Shown here one piece after another: positions 11,228 to 22,439 of a stretch of 64,000 bases of DNA (its first letter is position 1; each line of letters opens with the position of its first letter). The notes under the pieces were generated by a model. That model made no database searches. It was not told where the DNA came from and saw nothing but the letters and a program-made list of their open reading frames with translations. A program made the position numbers and the translations under genes. The DNA is from a bacterium (GTDB taxonomy: Bacteria; DUMJ01), in assembly GCA_014360335.1 (NCBI GenBank), contig JACIXS010000100.1:24431-88430 (forward strand), given 5' to 3'.

Positions 11228-12015
11228 CCTCTTTCTATCAGAATGTAAAACATTTCATTTTTAAAGATGAATCTTTTTATAATCTTATATTTCTCCTTAA
11301 GGATTGGTTCAAAGGTCTTGCTGTAGTTTTCTAGCATTCCTTTTTCCTTTCCACTAATACTCTTTAGGGGAAAAGAAACTATTAAAAATTTACTATTAAG
11401 ACTGTTTAATAATTTTAAAGAAAATCCCTTTTTTATCCGCTCAGCTATAGGGAGAAACTTAAATATAAAACATATATCTGTGCGGTCTTCAATATCTTCA
11501 AAGAGAATATCCTTTCTCTTAGCTAGTCTTGGATAAGATAAGATGTCTAAGAACTTATTTATGCTTTCTATTAGCGTAGAGTCTATATCATAGGCATAGT
11601 ACAATATAGGACCCTCTATATTCATAAAAGGTATGGAAAAGGGGTTGAGTCCACAGGCTAAATCTAGTACAGAATTTGGTTTTCCAGTAACCTCAAATAT
11701 CCCTCTATATACCTCTTCATATATATCCATCCGTTCTCTAGTAGACTGATGGAGTTTTAGTATCTCTTTTGCTATTTCTCTAATATTTCTATCACCTCTT
11801 TCCAATACTAAAAGTAAGTCTTTGACTTTTTCAACATCTTTACTACCTAAGAATGCTCCATGAATCTGGTGAAGCTTACTCTTGACCGCTTTTATTAAAT
11901 CCCTTTCATTCCTATGCTTGGGCAATTCTATCTTTACTATCTCTAAGATTGTCTTTTCGTTTATGTCTTTATATTTACTAGAAAGTCTTATCCTCTCTAC
12001 AATCTCTTCAATCAT
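11224..12015 (-). CDS. FmrO/ArmA/Rmt-family 16S rRNA (guanine1405-N7)-methyltransferase homologue
   Basis: Blocks match those I recall from ArmA/RmtB/Sgm: KLHQIHGAF, HQSTRERM, VLDLACGLNPFSIP (SAM motif I), YYAYDID, and the C-terminal FLIVSFPLKSISGKEKGMLENY. 263 aa, the same length as the resistance methyltransferases. Confidence 0.75.
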   Translation of the reverse strand: MIEEIVERIRLSSKYKDINEKTILEIVKIELPKHRNERDLIKAVKSKLHQIHGAFLGSKDVEKVKDLLLVLERGDRNIREIAKEILKLHQSTRERMDIYEEVYRGIFEVTGKPNSVLDLACGLNPFSIPFMNIEGPILYYAYDIDSTLIESINKFLDILSYPRLAKRKDILFEDIEDRTDICFIFKFLPIAERIKKGFSLKLLNSLNSKFLIVSFPLKSISGKEKGMLENYSKTFEPILKEKYKIIKRFIFKNEMFYILIERG

Positions 12016-13087
12016 TGTCTTTCTCTTTTATAAGCCTTATAAGCTCGTTGTAAAAATGCAAATTATGGATAGTGGCTAGTCTAAAGGCTAGGCAATCTTC
12101 CAGTTCAAAGAGATGATGTATGTAAGCCCTTGAAAAATTTCTACAGGTATAACAGTTACAGTATTCAGATATGGGTCTTTCATCTCTAGTGTATTTTTCT
12201 TCTTTTATAAATATGTTGGAATAGAAATTCTTACTTTTCAAATCTATCTCTGAGTTAAATACATATAACTTACCGTGTCTAGCCTCTCTTGTTGGCACAA
12301 CACAGTCAAAGAGGTCATAACCAAGTTCTGCACATATAACAATATTTTCTGGTTTTCCTATCCCCATTGCATATTTGGGAAGGTTATCAGGCATTAGATT
12401 GGCTGTATACTCCAAGATATCTATTACTAAATTCCCCTCTCTATCTAGGGGCCAACCTCCAAATCCATATCCATCAAATCCTATCTCTATAAGAGAATCT
12501 GCGCATCTTTTCCTTAAATCTTTATCTTTTCCCCCTTGTATTATCCCAAATATAAGGGGACGGCTATCTTTAGGATAAATATCTAAGAGTCTATTATACT
12601 CCTCCTTACATCTCTTAGCCCATTTAATAGTGCTATCTACAGATAGTTTGTTAATCTCAAGCGGGTCATCTGGATGGGTACAGTAGTCTAGACACATTAT
12701 TATATCAGCGTCACATAGATATTGAGCCTGAATACACTTTTCTGGTGTAAGCTCTATCTTCTCCCTAGGAGATGGCCTAAAAATTATGCCTTTATCTGTC
12801 ACTGTTCCATATTTGGTATTCTCTCTTAACATAGAAAATACTTGAAACCCACCAGAATCTGTAAGAATAATGCCATCCCAGTTTATAAACCTATGTAGTC
12901 CCCCTAACTCCTTAATTACACTAATTCCAGGACTTCTCATAAGGTGTAATGTATTCATTACTATACCTTGAGTGTTAGTAGTATGAAGATCCTCTTTATC
13001 TAGAGAACGAACAACTCCATTGGTACCATCTGGGAAAAAGGCGGGTAATTCTATATATTTAGTAGGTAGTCTTAGAATCTTCTTCAT
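12008..13087 (-). CDS. tgt: Queuine tRNA-ribosyltransferase
   Basis: TIM-barrel TGT with the zinc motif CNCYTCRNFSRAYIHHL. Confidence 0.88.
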   Translation of the reverse strand: MKKILRLPTKYIELPAFFPDGTNGVVRSLDKEDLHTTNTQGIVMNTLHLMRSPGISVIKELGGLHRFINWDGIILTDSGGFQVFSMLRENTKYGTVTDKGIIFRPSPREKIELTPEKCIQAQYLCDADIIMCLDYCTHPDDPLEINKLSVDSTIKWAKRCKEEYNRLLDIYPKDSRPLIFGIIQGGKDKDLRKRCADSLIEIGFDGYGFGGWPLDREGNLVIDILEYTANLMPDNLPKYAMGIGKPENIVICAELGYDLFDCVVPTREARHGKLYVFNSEIDLKSKNFYSNIFIKEEKYTRDERPISEYCNCYTCRNFSRAYIHHLFELEDCLAFRLATIHNLHFYNELIRLIKEKDND

Positions 13088-13239
13088 AAATAATCCCTAG
13101 TATTTCTAGGTTTATTATAACATACAGGTTAAATCACAATCATCAAAACGATCACTTTTAAATCCTGCAATAGCATAAAGTTTCTCAGTATAGTATAATA
13201 AGTATCGAAAGTAAAATACTATAACGATAGGAGTGATAT

Positions 13240-14904
13240 ATGGAAAGTTTCCCTTTATCTCTTAAGGACTTGGGACTTCTTCTTGGGGGGTTAAGTCTAT
13301 TCCTTTATGGTATCTTACAGATGAGTTCTGGTTTAGAGAAGGCTGCTGGAGCAAAGATGAGGGCTATCTTCGAAAAGATTAGTGCTTCTCCCTGGAGAGG
13401 TTTATTAATTGGAACAGTGGCAACCTCTATAGTTCAGAGTAGTAGCGCAATAACCGTTCTAGTTGTTGGTTTTGTAAATGCAGGGTTACTTACTCTGGAA
13501 GGGTCATTAGGAATTATCTTTGGGGCAAATATAGGTACTACTATAACCGCTCAGTTGGTGGCATTTAAGCTTACCCTAGTGGCGCCATATTTTTTACTAT
13601 TAGGATTTATCCTTGTATTTGCTGGTAGAAGAAGGTATATAAAGTATATAGGAGAGGCATGTTTTGGTTTTGGTATGGTGTTTTTAGGGATTAATCTTAT
13701 GGATTCCTCTCTCACTCTTCTTAAAAACTGGCCTCCATTCTCAAAAGCAATGATTACTATGGGTAAGAACCCTATCTTAGGCATTCTTACTGGAGCAGTA
13801 GTGACTGCAATTATTCAGAGTAGTAGTGTAACTACAAGTACAGTTGTTGCTTTAGCCTCTAAAGGAGCAATGCCTTTAAATTCTGCTATCCCTATCATCC
13901 TAGGAGCGAATATTGGCACATGTGTGACCGCCCTTTTAGCTAGTATAGGAACGAATCTCTCTGCTAAGAGGACAGCTCTATCCCATTTACTTTTTAATGT
14001 GATAGGGGTTGTCTTGGTATTTCCCTTCTTGAGTCCCTTTATTAATCTGGTTTCATATACTACTAGTGATGTTGCAAGACAGGTGGCAAATGCCCATACG
14101 CTTTTTAATGTTATCTGGACATTTGTTTGGATATGGTTTACAAGACAGTATGCCTCTCTTATAAGAAAACTTTTACCTGGTAAAGAGCGAATATATCAGC
14201 GTCCTACTCTCATACTTAATCCTATCCTATTAAATGCTCCATCTACCGCATTGGAAAGTGCTATAAAGGAACTTATAAGGATGACAGATATAGTCAAAGA
14301 GATGTACATTTTAGCTTTTGAAGACCTAGAGAATAATTCGTTAAGTCATTACAAAGATATCTTGACTATGGAAAATATTACCGATGAGCTTAAATCTTCT
14401 CTTATTAAATTCTTAACAAAGCTTTCCGCTACACCACTCTCCGAGGATGAAGCTAGGGAATTAAATGCTATACTAAGGGCGGTAGATGATGTAGAGAGGA
14501 TAGCTGACCACATAACTAATATTATGGAGAAGGTGGAGTTAAAGATCTCTGATAGGGTAGAATTTACTGAATATGCAAAGAAGGACCTTCAGGAGTTAAA
14601 GGAACTTATTCTAGAAAATCTAGATGAATCCTTTGAGATGATTAGGGAGAGTAATATATCTAACCTTGATAGGGTATATTCTAGAGAAGAGAGGATAGAT
14701 ATAAAGGTTAAAGAGTCTAAGGATAGCCACCTAGAAAGGATGAAGCAGGGTATATGTCTTCCGATGGCAGGTGTAATCTATACAGATATCCTGACAGACC
14801 TAGAAAGAATCAGTGACCACTGTATGAATATAGCTCAAGAATTTCATGAGGTAAACTTAGTGAAGAAAAATAGAGAAACAAACAAGCCCTTGTCAAGTGT
14901 CTAA
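13240..14904 (+). CDS. Na+/phosphate cotransporter (NptA family) with a C-terminal PhoU-like domain
   Basis: Two Na_Pi_cotrans repeats (QSSSA/QSSSV) followed by a soluble helical PhoU-type C-terminus. Confidence 0.85.
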   Translation: MESFPLSLKDLGLLLGGLSLFLYGILQMSSGLEKAAGAKMRAIFEKISASPWRGLLIGTVATSIVQSSSAITVLVVGFVNAGLLTLEGSLGIIFGANIGTTITAQLVAFKLTLVAPYFLLLGFILVFAGRRRYIKYIGEACFGFGMVFLGINLMDSSLTLLKNWPPFSKAMITMGKNPILGILTGAVVTAIIQSSSVTTSTVVALASKGAMPLNSAIPIILGANIGTCVTALLASIGTNLSAKRTALSHLLFNVIGVVLVFPFLSPFINLVSYTTSDVARQVANAHTLFNVIWTFVWIWFTRQYASLIRKLLPGKERIYQRPTLILNPILLNAPSTALESAIKELIRMTDIVKEMYILAFEDLENNSLSHYKDILTMENITDELKSSLIKFLTKLSATPLSEDEARELNAILRAVDDVERIADHITNIMEKVELKISDRVEFTEYAKKDLQELKELILENLDESFEMIRESNISNLDRVYSREERIDIKVKESKDSHLERMKQGICLPMAGVIYTDILTDLERISDHCMNIAQEFHEVNLVKKNRETNKPLSSV

Positions 14905-15001
14905 CTATATGTTATACTTTCACAAGAATTCGCATGCCTCACACCTCTAAGTCCACTTAGGTGGCGGTGGGGCAGAAGTTTAACTTAGAGGAGGAGAATG
15001 T

Positions 15002-15796
15002 ATGGCAATAGTAACTATTAAACAGCTTTTAGAGGCAGGTGTCCATTTTGGACATCAAACTAAACGTTGGAATCCCAAGATGAAACCATATATCTTTGCT
15101 GAGCGTAATGGGATTCACATAATAGACCTACAGAAGACTGTGGTTTGTATGGAGAAGGCTTATGAAGTGGTAAGAGATGTTTCTGGTAATGGAGGGAAAG
15201 TCCTTTTTGTCGGCACAAAGAAGCAGGCTTATGAGGTGATAAAGGCAGAGGCAGAGAGATGCGGAATGCCTTATGTAAATCAGAGATGGCTAGGAGGTCT
15301 CCTTACCAATTTCCAAACGATTAAAAGAAGTGTAGAGAAGTTAAAGAGGCTGAGAGAAGAAAAAGACAAAGGTTTATGGGAATCCTATACGAAGAGAGAG
15401 AGGAAACACCTAGAGATCGAGCTTAATAGGCTTGAGAAGTATGTAGGAGGCATAGAAAACCTTACAGATCTACCTGAGCTTCTCTTTATAGTAGATACAA
15501 AGAAGGAAGAAAACGCAGTTAAAGAAGCCAAAAGGCTTGGGATTCCTATTGTTGGTGTAGTAGATACAAATGGTGACCCTGAGATAATAGATTATCCAAT
15601 ACCTGGAAATGATGATGCTATTAGGGCTATAAGACTCTATTGTAGTAAGATAGCAGATGCGGTCCTAGAGGGTATAGGTATGAGGAAAGAGGAAGTTGAA
15701 GAAGAGATGACAGAAATGCCAAGTATAGAAGAGATTTCTATAGAGGAAATCGAAGAAAAAGTTGCCAGTGAATACGAGGAGGAGACGTTAAATTGA
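15002..15796 (+). CDS. rpsB: 30S ribosomal protein S2
   Basis: [13 protein letters not shown] motif. Confidence 0.95.
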   Translation: MAIVTIKQLLEAGVHFGHQTKRWNPKMKPYIFAERNGIHIIDLQKTVVCMEKAYEVVRDVSGNGGKVLFVGTKKQAYEVIKAEAERCGMPYVNQRWLGGLLTNFQTIKRSVEKLKRLREEKDKGLWESYTKRERKHLEIELNRLEKYVGGIENLTDLPELLFIVDTKKEENAVKEAKRLGIPIVGVVDTNGDPEIIDYPIPGNDDAIRAIRLYCSKIADAVLEGIGMRKEEVEEEMTEMPSIEEISIEEIEEKVASEYEEETLN

Positions 15797-16389
15797 GTAT
15801 CAATATGGACTTAATAAAAGAACTTAGAGAAAAGACGGGGGCAGGTGTGATGGATTGTAAAAAAGCCCTTATTTCTGCTAATGGGGATTTAGAGAAGGCT
15901 ATAGAAATACTTAGGAAAGAAGGAATTGCAATAGCAGAAAAGAAGGGTGCAAGGGTTGCTAAAGAGGGAAGGATAGAGAGCTATATACATCCAGGAAGTA
16001 AGATTGGTGTTCTTGTTGAGGTTAACTGCGAGACGGATTTTGTCGCTAGGACAGACGAATTTAAGAATCTAGCTAAAGAGATAGCTATGCATATAGCAGC
16101 AAGTAGTCCCAGATATATATCTACAAGCGATGTCCCCCAGGACGTCCTAGATAAGGAAAAGGAGATATACGCTACTCAGGCTAGAAACGAGGGAAAGCCT
16201 GAGAAGGTTATAGATAGGATTGTTCAGGGAAGGATAGAGAAGTTTTATCAAGAAGTATGTCTCTTAGAGCAACCTTGGATTAGAGACCCTGAAAAAAAGA
16301 TAAAGGACCTTATTAACGAAACTATAGCCAGATTGGGTGAGAATATTATAATTAGGAGATTTGTTAGATTTGAATTAGGGAAGGATTGA
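15793..16389 (+). CDS. tsf: Elongation factor Ts
   Basis: LRERTGAGMMDCKKAL-type N-terminus; TTG start with GAGGAGGAG 8 nt upstream. Confidence 0.93.
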   Translation: MSINMDLIKELREKTGAGVMDCKKALISANGDLEKAIEILRKEGIAIAEKKGARVAKEGRIESYIHPGSKIGVLVEVNCETDFVARTDEFKNLAKEIAMHIAASSPRYISTSDVPQDVLDKEKEIYATQARNEGKPEKVIDRIVQGRIEKFYQEVCLLEQPWIRDPEKKIKDLINETIARLGENIIIRRFVRFELGKD

Positions 16390-17105
16390 TGAGTGAAGAG
16401 ATAAAGTATAAAAGAATCTTACTCAAATTGAGTGGTGAGGCTTTTAGAGAAGACTCCGAACCAATAGGATATTCCTCCCTAGTAAGGATTGCGGAAGAGA
16501 TTGAGTCTATATATAAGCTTGGAGTCCAGATAGCTATAGTTGTTGGTGGAGGTAATGTCATTAGAGGCATTACCTCCAGTTCTCTCTCTATAGATAGAGC
16601 TACTGCGGATTATATGGGTATGTTGGCTACAGTTATAAATGCCCTTGCATTACAGGCACGATTGGAGTCTATGGATATACCAACCAGGGTTCAGACTTCT
16701 ATAGAGATGAGACAGGTCGCTGAACCATATATACGTAGGAGGGCTATAAGACATTTAGAAAAGGGAAGGGTAGTTATATTTGGAGGTGGTACAGGCAATC
16801 CCTTCTTCAGCACAGATACCGCTGCTGCTTTAAGAGCAGCTGAAATCAATGCAGAAGTTATGATAAAAGCTACTAAAGTTGATGGGATATACGATTCTGA
16901 CCCAATTAAAAATCCCAGTGCAGTTAGATATCCAGAGATAAAATATATGGACATACTTAGTAAAGAGTTAAAGGTTATGGATGCCACAGCGGTATCCCTC
17001 TGTATGGAAAATAGGATTCCGATAATAGTATTTAATATATCAGAGAAGGGAAATCTTAAGAAGCTTATCTGTGGAGAAAAGATAGGAACTCTAGTAAAGG
17101 GGTGA
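16389..17105 (+). CDS. pyrH: UMP kinase
   Basis: [10 protein letters not shown]...VVGGGN motifs; ATGA overlap with the tsf stop. Confidence 0.93.
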   Translation: MSEEIKYKRILLKLSGEAFREDSEPIGYSSLVRIAEEIESIYKLGVQIAIVVGGGNVIRGITSSSLSIDRATADYMGMLATVINALALQARLESMDIPTRVQTSIEMRQVAEPYIRRRAIRHLEKGRVVIFGGGTGNPFFSTDTAAALRAAEINAEVMIKATKVDGIYDSDPIKNPSAVRYPEIKYMDILSKELKVMDATAVSLCMENRIPIIVFNISEKGNLKKLICGEKIGTLVKG

Positions 17106-17111
17106 GAAGAT

Positions 17112-17672
17112 ATGGATGAAAAGGCGTTCACCCGTAGTGTAGAGGAAAAGATGAAGCAATCTATAACTGTTTTCCAGAAGGAACTTGTTGGGATTAGAAC
17201 AGGAAGGGCTAATCCAGCCTTAGTAGAAGAATTGATGGTTGATTACTATGGAACTTCTACTCCACTTTTTCAGTTGGCTAAGATAACCACCCCTGACCCT
17301 AGGACTATACTTATTCAGCCGTGGGATAAACAGGCGATTCAAAGTATCGAAAAGGCTATATTAAAGTCTAATCTTAGCTTAACACCTATAAATGACGGCA
17401 CTTCTATAAGACTTAATATCCCTTCCCCTACTGAGGAGAGAAGAAAAGAGCTAGTGAAGTTAGTAAAGAAAAAGGGAGAGGATGCTAAGGTTATAATAAG
17501 AAATATAAGGAGGTCGGGGATAGAAGAGTTAGAAAAGGAGAAGAAGAACGGAAAGATTTCAGAAGATTTGGAGAAGAGACTCAAAGACCAACTCCAGAAG
17601 ATTACAGACAAGTATATAGAAGAGATTGATAAGATCTTGGCAGAAAAAGAGAAAGAGATAATGGAGGTATAA
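17112..17672 (+). CDS. frr: Ribosome recycling factor
   Basis: 186 aa, RRF family. Confidence 0.93.
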   Translation: MDEKAFTRSVEEKMKQSITVFQKELVGIRTGRANPALVEELMVDYYGTSTPLFQLAKITTPDPRTILIQPWDKQAIQSIEKAILKSNLSLTPINDGTSIRLNIPSPTEERRKELVKLVKKKGEDAKVIIRNIRRSGIEELEKEKKNGKISEDLEKRLKDQLQKITDKYIEEIDKILAEKEKEIMEV

Positions 17673-17674
17673 TT

Positions 17675-18382
17675 TTGGAATCAAATAATTTACCCATCCA
17701 TATAGCTATCATTATGGATGGTAATGGGCGTTGGGCTCAAGCTAGGGGATTACCAAGGATCTATGGACATCAAGAGGGAAAGAAGAATGTAAAGAGGATA
17801 GTCAGACATGCAGCTAATCTGGGTATAAAATATCTTAGCCTTTTTGCTTTCTCTACTGAGAATTGGAAGAGACCTAAAGAAGAAGTAGATGGGCTAATGG
17901 AGATTCTAAAAGTTGGTCTTCAGGAGGAGAGACCTGAATTTATTAGGGAGGGAATAAGGGTTGTTTTCTTCGGTGATAGAACCAAGCTACCTAAAGATGT
18001 AATTGAGGAGATGGAATTGACAGAATCTTCAACAGCATCAAATTCTAGGCTTCATCTGGCTTTCGCTATTAATTACAGTGGAAGGGACGATATACTGAGA
18101 GCGATAAAGAGGATTTCTCAGAAAGTAGCGGATGGTAAAATTAATATAGATGATATAAATAATGACCTGATCTCCAAGGAGTTGGATACTAAAGATTTCC
18201 CAGATCCTGACCTTATAATACGAACCAGTGGAGAGTTAAGGATAAGTAACTTCTACCTATGGCAATCTGCCTACAGCGAATTCTACTTTACTCCAGTCTT
18301 GTGGCCCGACTTTGACGAAAAGGCTCTTGAATCTGCTATAGAAGCCTACCAAAGTAGAAAGAGACGGTTTGGAGGCATCTAA
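17675..18382 (+). CDS. uppS: Undecaprenyl diphosphate synthase
   Basis: HIAIIMDGNGRWA motif. Confidence 0.93.
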   Translation: MESNNLPIHIAIIMDGNGRWAQARGLPRIYGHQEGKKNVKRIVRHAANLGIKYLSLFAFSTENWKRPKEEVDGLMEILKVGLQEERPEFIREGIRVVFFGDRTKLPKDVIEEMELTESSTASNSRLHLAFAINYSGRDDILRAIKRISQKVADGKINIDDINNDLISKELDTKDFPDPDLIIRTSGELRISNFYLWQSAYSEFYFTPVLWPDFDEKALESAIEAYQSRKRRFGGI

Positions 18383-18389
18383 AAGATTA

Positions 18390-19166
18390 ATGTTAAAAAG
18401 AATTATAAGTGCACTTGTAGGTATCCCAGTAGTTCTAATTCTTATAAGATATGGAGGCGTCCCACTTCAACTCTTTCTTCTAGTCCTTTTTACGGTAGCC
18501 TTCTTTGAATATAGTAGGCTTGCAGAGTATATGAATATAAAGATAAAATTTTGGGAGGGTTTACTCGGAGGAGTCTTTATACTTCTCTGGAGTTGGGAAT
18601 ATGCTACAAGTGTTTTACAGACACTTATAATCCTTTGGGTTTATCTTATGCTTTATTTTATAATTATGCAGGATATAGAGAATAGTCTTTCTATCATCTC
18701 AGCAACAATTTTTGGTCTGCTATATCTCTCGGTCCCACTATCTATGTTCCTAATAATGAGAAAATTTGACCCTAATGGTTACTGGTGTACTATGGTGATG
18801 GTTGGAACTTGGGCTTTTGATTCTACAGCCTATTTTGTTGGGAGAAAGTTTGGAAGGCATAAGCTTGCCTCTGTTTTGAGCCCTCTTAAATCCTGGGAAG
18901 GATTCATTGGAGGATTATTGGCGACCATAGTAGTTACTTTCTTATTTTTGAGTGATTTTAGAGGTATTCTAATAGGTTTGCTTCTTGGGTTAGGGGTTCA
19001 GGCTGGAGATCTCTTTGAGTCACTCCTTAAAAGGGAGGCTAATGTGAAAGATTCTGGTAATATCATTCCTGGCCACGGAGGGGTTTTAGACAGATTTGAT
19101 GGATTTCTAGTTGGAGTAGTTTTTGTCTTTCCATTAATAAGATTCATAGTTGGTGGAGTATGGTAA
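18390..19166 (+). CDS. cdsA: Phosphatidate cytidylyltransferase
   Basis: Polytopic membrane protein with the CdsA C-terminal signature (SxxKRxxxVKDxGxxIPGHGGxLDRxD). Alternative TTG start at 18369. Confidence 0.85.
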   Translation: MLKRIISALVGIPVVLILIRYGGVPLQLFLLVLFTVAFFEYSRLAEYMNIKIKFWEGLLGGVFILLWSWEYATSVLQTLIILWVYLMLYFIIMQDIENSLSIISATIFGLLYLSVPLSMFLIMRKFDPNGYWCTMVMVGTWAFDSTAYFVGRKFGRHKLASVLSPLKSWEGFIGGLLATIVVTFLFLSDFRGILIGLLLGLGVQAGDLFESLLKREANVKDSGNIIPGHGGVLDRFDGFLVGVVFVFPLIRFIVGGVW

Positions 19167-20332
19167 AAAAGTTGATTCTTATAGGCTCTACTGGTGCTCT
19201 AGGCACTCAGGTTCTTGAAGTTATAAGAGAATTTAGAGATAGATTTGAGATATTAGGTTTAGGAGCTAGGAGAGATTCCGAACGATTAGCCTTACAAGTA
19301 AATGAGTTTCACCCAAAGTATGTACTTCTTACGGAAGAAGATAACATGTCTTCTTCTTTAAGGTCTGCCATAGAGTCTAGTAATAGTACTTTTTTCTCTG
19401 GGATAGAAGGACTTAAAAAGATTGTCTCTGTAGATGATGCAGACCTGGTTGTAATAGTTATGGGCGGAGCTTTAGGGATATATCCCCTTTGGGAGGCTAT
19501 AAGATATAATAAAAATATAGCGATAGCTAATAAGGAATCTATTGTTATGATGGGAGAGATTATAAGAGATTTGGCAGATAGTAAAGGTATAAACCTCATA
19601 CCTATAGATAGCGAACCTAGCGCCATTTTTCAATGCCTAAAGGCTTTAGATAGTAGGGATGAATTAGATAGTGTTATTCTTACTGCTTCTGGTGGTCCAT
19701 TTAGGAGGTTTACTAGAGAGCAGTTAGAGAGAGTAACCCCTGAAGAGGCTACAGCTCATCCTGTATGGAGGATGGGAAAGAGGATAAGTGTAGATTCTGC
19801 TACTTTAATGAATAAAGGACTTGAATATATAGAGCTTCATAAGTTTTTCAATATCCCTTATGAAAAGATACATATAGTTGTACATCCCCAGGGTATTATG
19901 CACGGAGCTATAAATTTAAGAGATGGAACTCTCATATCTCTTATGAGTGTCCCTGATATGAGGATACCTATACTCTATGCACTCTCTTACCCTGAAAGGA
20001 TAAGGACACCTTGGAAGAAGTTAAATCTTATGGAATTGAAAGAACTTACATTTGAACCACCAGATATTGAACGGTTTCCTGCATTAAAGATAGCAATGGA
20101 AGCTGGTAGAAAGGGAGCTTCCTATCCTATAGTTCTCAATGCATCAGATGAGGTAGCGGTTGATCTTTTCCTTAATAGAAGAATAAGGTTTACAGATATA
20201 CCTATTCTAGTAGAGGAAGTTCTGTGTAGACATAATCCATCAACTGTAGATTCTATAGATACAGTGATGGAGATAGATAGTTGGGCAAGAAAGGAAACTG
20301 TGAATATATTTAATAAGGTGATGAAACGATGA
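19160..20332 (+). CDS. dxr: 1-deoxy-D-xylulose 5-phosphate reductoisomerase
   Basis: ILGSTGSIG-type N-terminus; 390 aa. Confidence 0.93.
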   Translation: MVKKLILIGSTGALGTQVLEVIREFRDRFEILGLGARRDSERLALQVNEFHPKYVLLTEEDNMSSSLRSAIESSNSTFFSGIEGLKKIVSVDDADLVVIVMGGALGIYPLWEAIRYNKNIAIANKESIVMMGEIIRDLADSKGINLIPIDSEPSAIFQCLKALDSRDELDSVILTASGGPFRRFTREQLERVTPEEATAHPVWRMGKRISVDSATLMNKGLEYIELHKFFNIPYEKIHIVVHPQGIMHGAINLRDGTLISLMSVPDMRIPILYALSYPERIRTPWKKLNLMELKELTFEPPDIERFPALKIAMEAGRKGASYPIVLNASDEVAVDLFLNRRIRFTDIPILVEEVLCRHNPSTVDSIDTVMEIDSWARKETVNIFNKVMKR

Positions 20333-21345
20333 ATCTATTTTATTTCCTTATATTAGTAGGAATATTAGTCTTAGTCCATGAGTATGGCCATTTCTTAATG
20401 GCTAGGTTACATAAGGTTGGAGTTATTGAATTTTCTATAGGTTTTGGTCCAGTTGTAATCTCTTTTGAGAAGAATAAGACCAAGTTTTCTATAAGATTAC
20501 TTCCGTTTGGAGGTTATGTAAAGCTTGCAGGATTAGATGCAGTAGAGACCGTAGAAGATGAGACTAATTTTTATAAGAAGAGTTGGTTAGCAAGATTTTC
20601 TATACTAGCCTCTGGTGGAATTATGAATTTTTTGTTGGCTATAGTTATCTTATTCTTGCTTTTTGTTTGGGGTGTTCCTACCGTTGTCCCTACAGGGATT
20701 AACTCGGTACTTTCTGGTTCTCCTGCTGAATTGATAGGTTTAAAACCTGGAGATAAGATTATCTCTATAAATGGAAATCCAGTTTTTACAGCTCAGGATA
20801 TAACTCAGGCGATACAGAACTCGAAGAATAAGATAGTATTAGTCGTCGAGAGAGAAGGGAATAGGTTAACCTTTGAGGTGACACCTAAGTATGATGCAGA
20901 ACAAAAGAGAAGACTAATAGGTATTACTGTTCCATTCTTTACTGAAGTTAAGTATCCTTTCTTTAGCGCTTTTAGAATGGCTTTGGGTGAGTTTGGTACT
21001 ATTATATTAGGAACTTTAGATGCCCTTTGGAGGCTTATGACAGGCAGACTTAGTGCTGAATCATTTAGTGGTCCTATTGGAGTGGCTAGGATGACTGGAG
21101 TAGCTGTTCAGATGGGGATAAAGGTCTTTCTACAGCTTATGGCTTTCTTAAGCATACAATGGGGGCTATTTAATCTGTTACCTATCCCTGCGTTAGATGG
21201 TGGAAGAATACTATTTCTTACATTGAATCTGTGGAAGAAGGCAAAAATCTCACCTGAGAGGGAGAATTTTATTCACTATATAGGATTCCTCGTTCTTTTA
21301 GTACTGATGATAATAGTTACTATAGGAGATGTGAGACGATTCTAA
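20329..21345 (+). CDS. rseP: RIP zinc metalloprotease (site-2 protease) with a PDZ domain
   Basis: HEYGHF zinc motif, a PDZ segment, and the C-terminal LxxLPxxxLDGG. Confidence 0.88.
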   Translation: MNLFYFLILVGILVLVHEYGHFLMARLHKVGVIEFSIGFGPVVISFEKNKTKFSIRLLPFGGYVKLAGLDAVETVEDETNFYKKSWLARFSILASGGIMNFLLAIVILFLLFVWGVPTVVPTGINSVLSGSPAELIGLKPGDKIISINGNPVFTAQDITQAIQNSKNKIVLVVEREGNRLTFEVTPKYDAEQKRRLIGITVPFFTEVKYPFFSAFRMALGEFGTIILGTLDALWRLMTGRLSAESFSGPIGVARMTGVAVQMGIKVFLQLMAFLSIQWGLFNLLPIPALDGGRILFLTLNLWKKAKISPERENFIHYIGFLVLLVLMIIVTIGDVRRF

Positions 21346-22439
21346 TGTGGAGAAGAGAGGATACTTTACCTATAAAGATTGGGAATATAGTTATAGGTGG
21401 AGGAAATCCTGTTGCTGTTCAATCTATGACGAATACCCGTACAGAAGATGTTCCGGCTACGGTATCTCAGATAAAGAGATTGGAAAAGGCTGGATGTGAG
21501 TTGGTAAGGGTAGCGGTTCCTACAAAGGACTCTGCTTTAAAACTTGGAGAGATAAAGAAAAGTATCTCTATACCTCTTATTGCGGACTTACACTTTGACT
21601 TATCTTTGGGTTTTATCGCATTAGAAATGGGAGTAGATAAGATAAGGATAAATCCAGGAACTGTTCCCAATAGACAGATATTAAAGGACTTAGTCTTGGA
21701 AGCTAAAGCTAGGAATGTTCCTATAAGAGTCGGTGTAAATAAGGGCTCATTACCAGATTCTTACAGTAAAGATAGAGAAGGCTTAGTAAAATGTGCCTTA
21801 GATTATGTAAAACTTATAGAGGATTGGGGTTATACTAATCTAGTGGTATCAATCAAATCTTCTGACCCAGAGGAGACAGTAAACGCAAATGTGCTTCTTG
21901 CTTCTTATGTTAGATACCCGATATCTTTAGGAGTAACGGAGGCAGGAGGAGGATGGAGGGGCATAGTTAAGTCCTCTATTGGTTTGGCACTGGCATTAAA
22001 AGAGGGGATAGGAGATACTGTTAGGGTCTCTCTTACTGGTGACCCTGTTATGGAGGTAAAAGTCGCATATGAAGTATTAAGAAGTTTGAATTTGAGAAGA
22101 CGCGGTGTAAATCTGATAGCCTGCCCTACCTGTGGAAGATGTCAAGTCGATTTAGAGTCTTACTATCAAGAGGTTGAATCCGCACTAGAGAATATAACAG
22201 TACCTATAGATGTCGCTGTTATGGGTTGTAGTGTAAACGGACCTGGAGAGGCAAGGTTGGCTGACTGTGGTGTTGCATTTGGAAAAGATAAAGCTGTATT
22301 CTTTATAAAGGGAAATATAATAGGAACGTTTAGTCCCAGAGAAGCTATTAAAAAACTCATTAGCTATGTAAAGGAGGCAGAGAGATATAAAGATGAGAAT
22401 GTCACAGCTTTTCTATTATCCACAGAAGGAGATGCCTAA
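21345..22439 (+). CDS. ispG: 4-hydroxy-3-methylbut-2-enyl diphosphate synthase
   Basis: GcpE family with a C-terminal 4Fe-4S cysteine triad (CPTCGRC...GC). Confidence 0.93.
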   Translation: MWRREDTLPIKIGNIVIGGGNPVAVQSMTNTRTEDVPATVSQIKRLEKAGCELVRVAVPTKDSALKLGEIKKSISIPLIADLHFDLSLGFIALEMGVDKIRINPGTVPNRQILKDLVLEAKARNVPIRVGVNKGSLPDSYSKDREGLVKCALDYVKLIEDWGYTNLVVSIKSSDPEETVNANVLLASYVRYPISLGVTEAGGGWRGIVKSSIGLALALKEGIGDTVRVSLTGDPVMEVKVAYEVLRSLNLRRRGVNLIACPTCGRCQVDLESYYQEVESALENITVPIDVAVMGCSVNGPGEARLADCGVAFGKDKAVFFIKGNIIGTFSPREAIKKLISYVKEAERYKDENVTAFLLSTEGDA

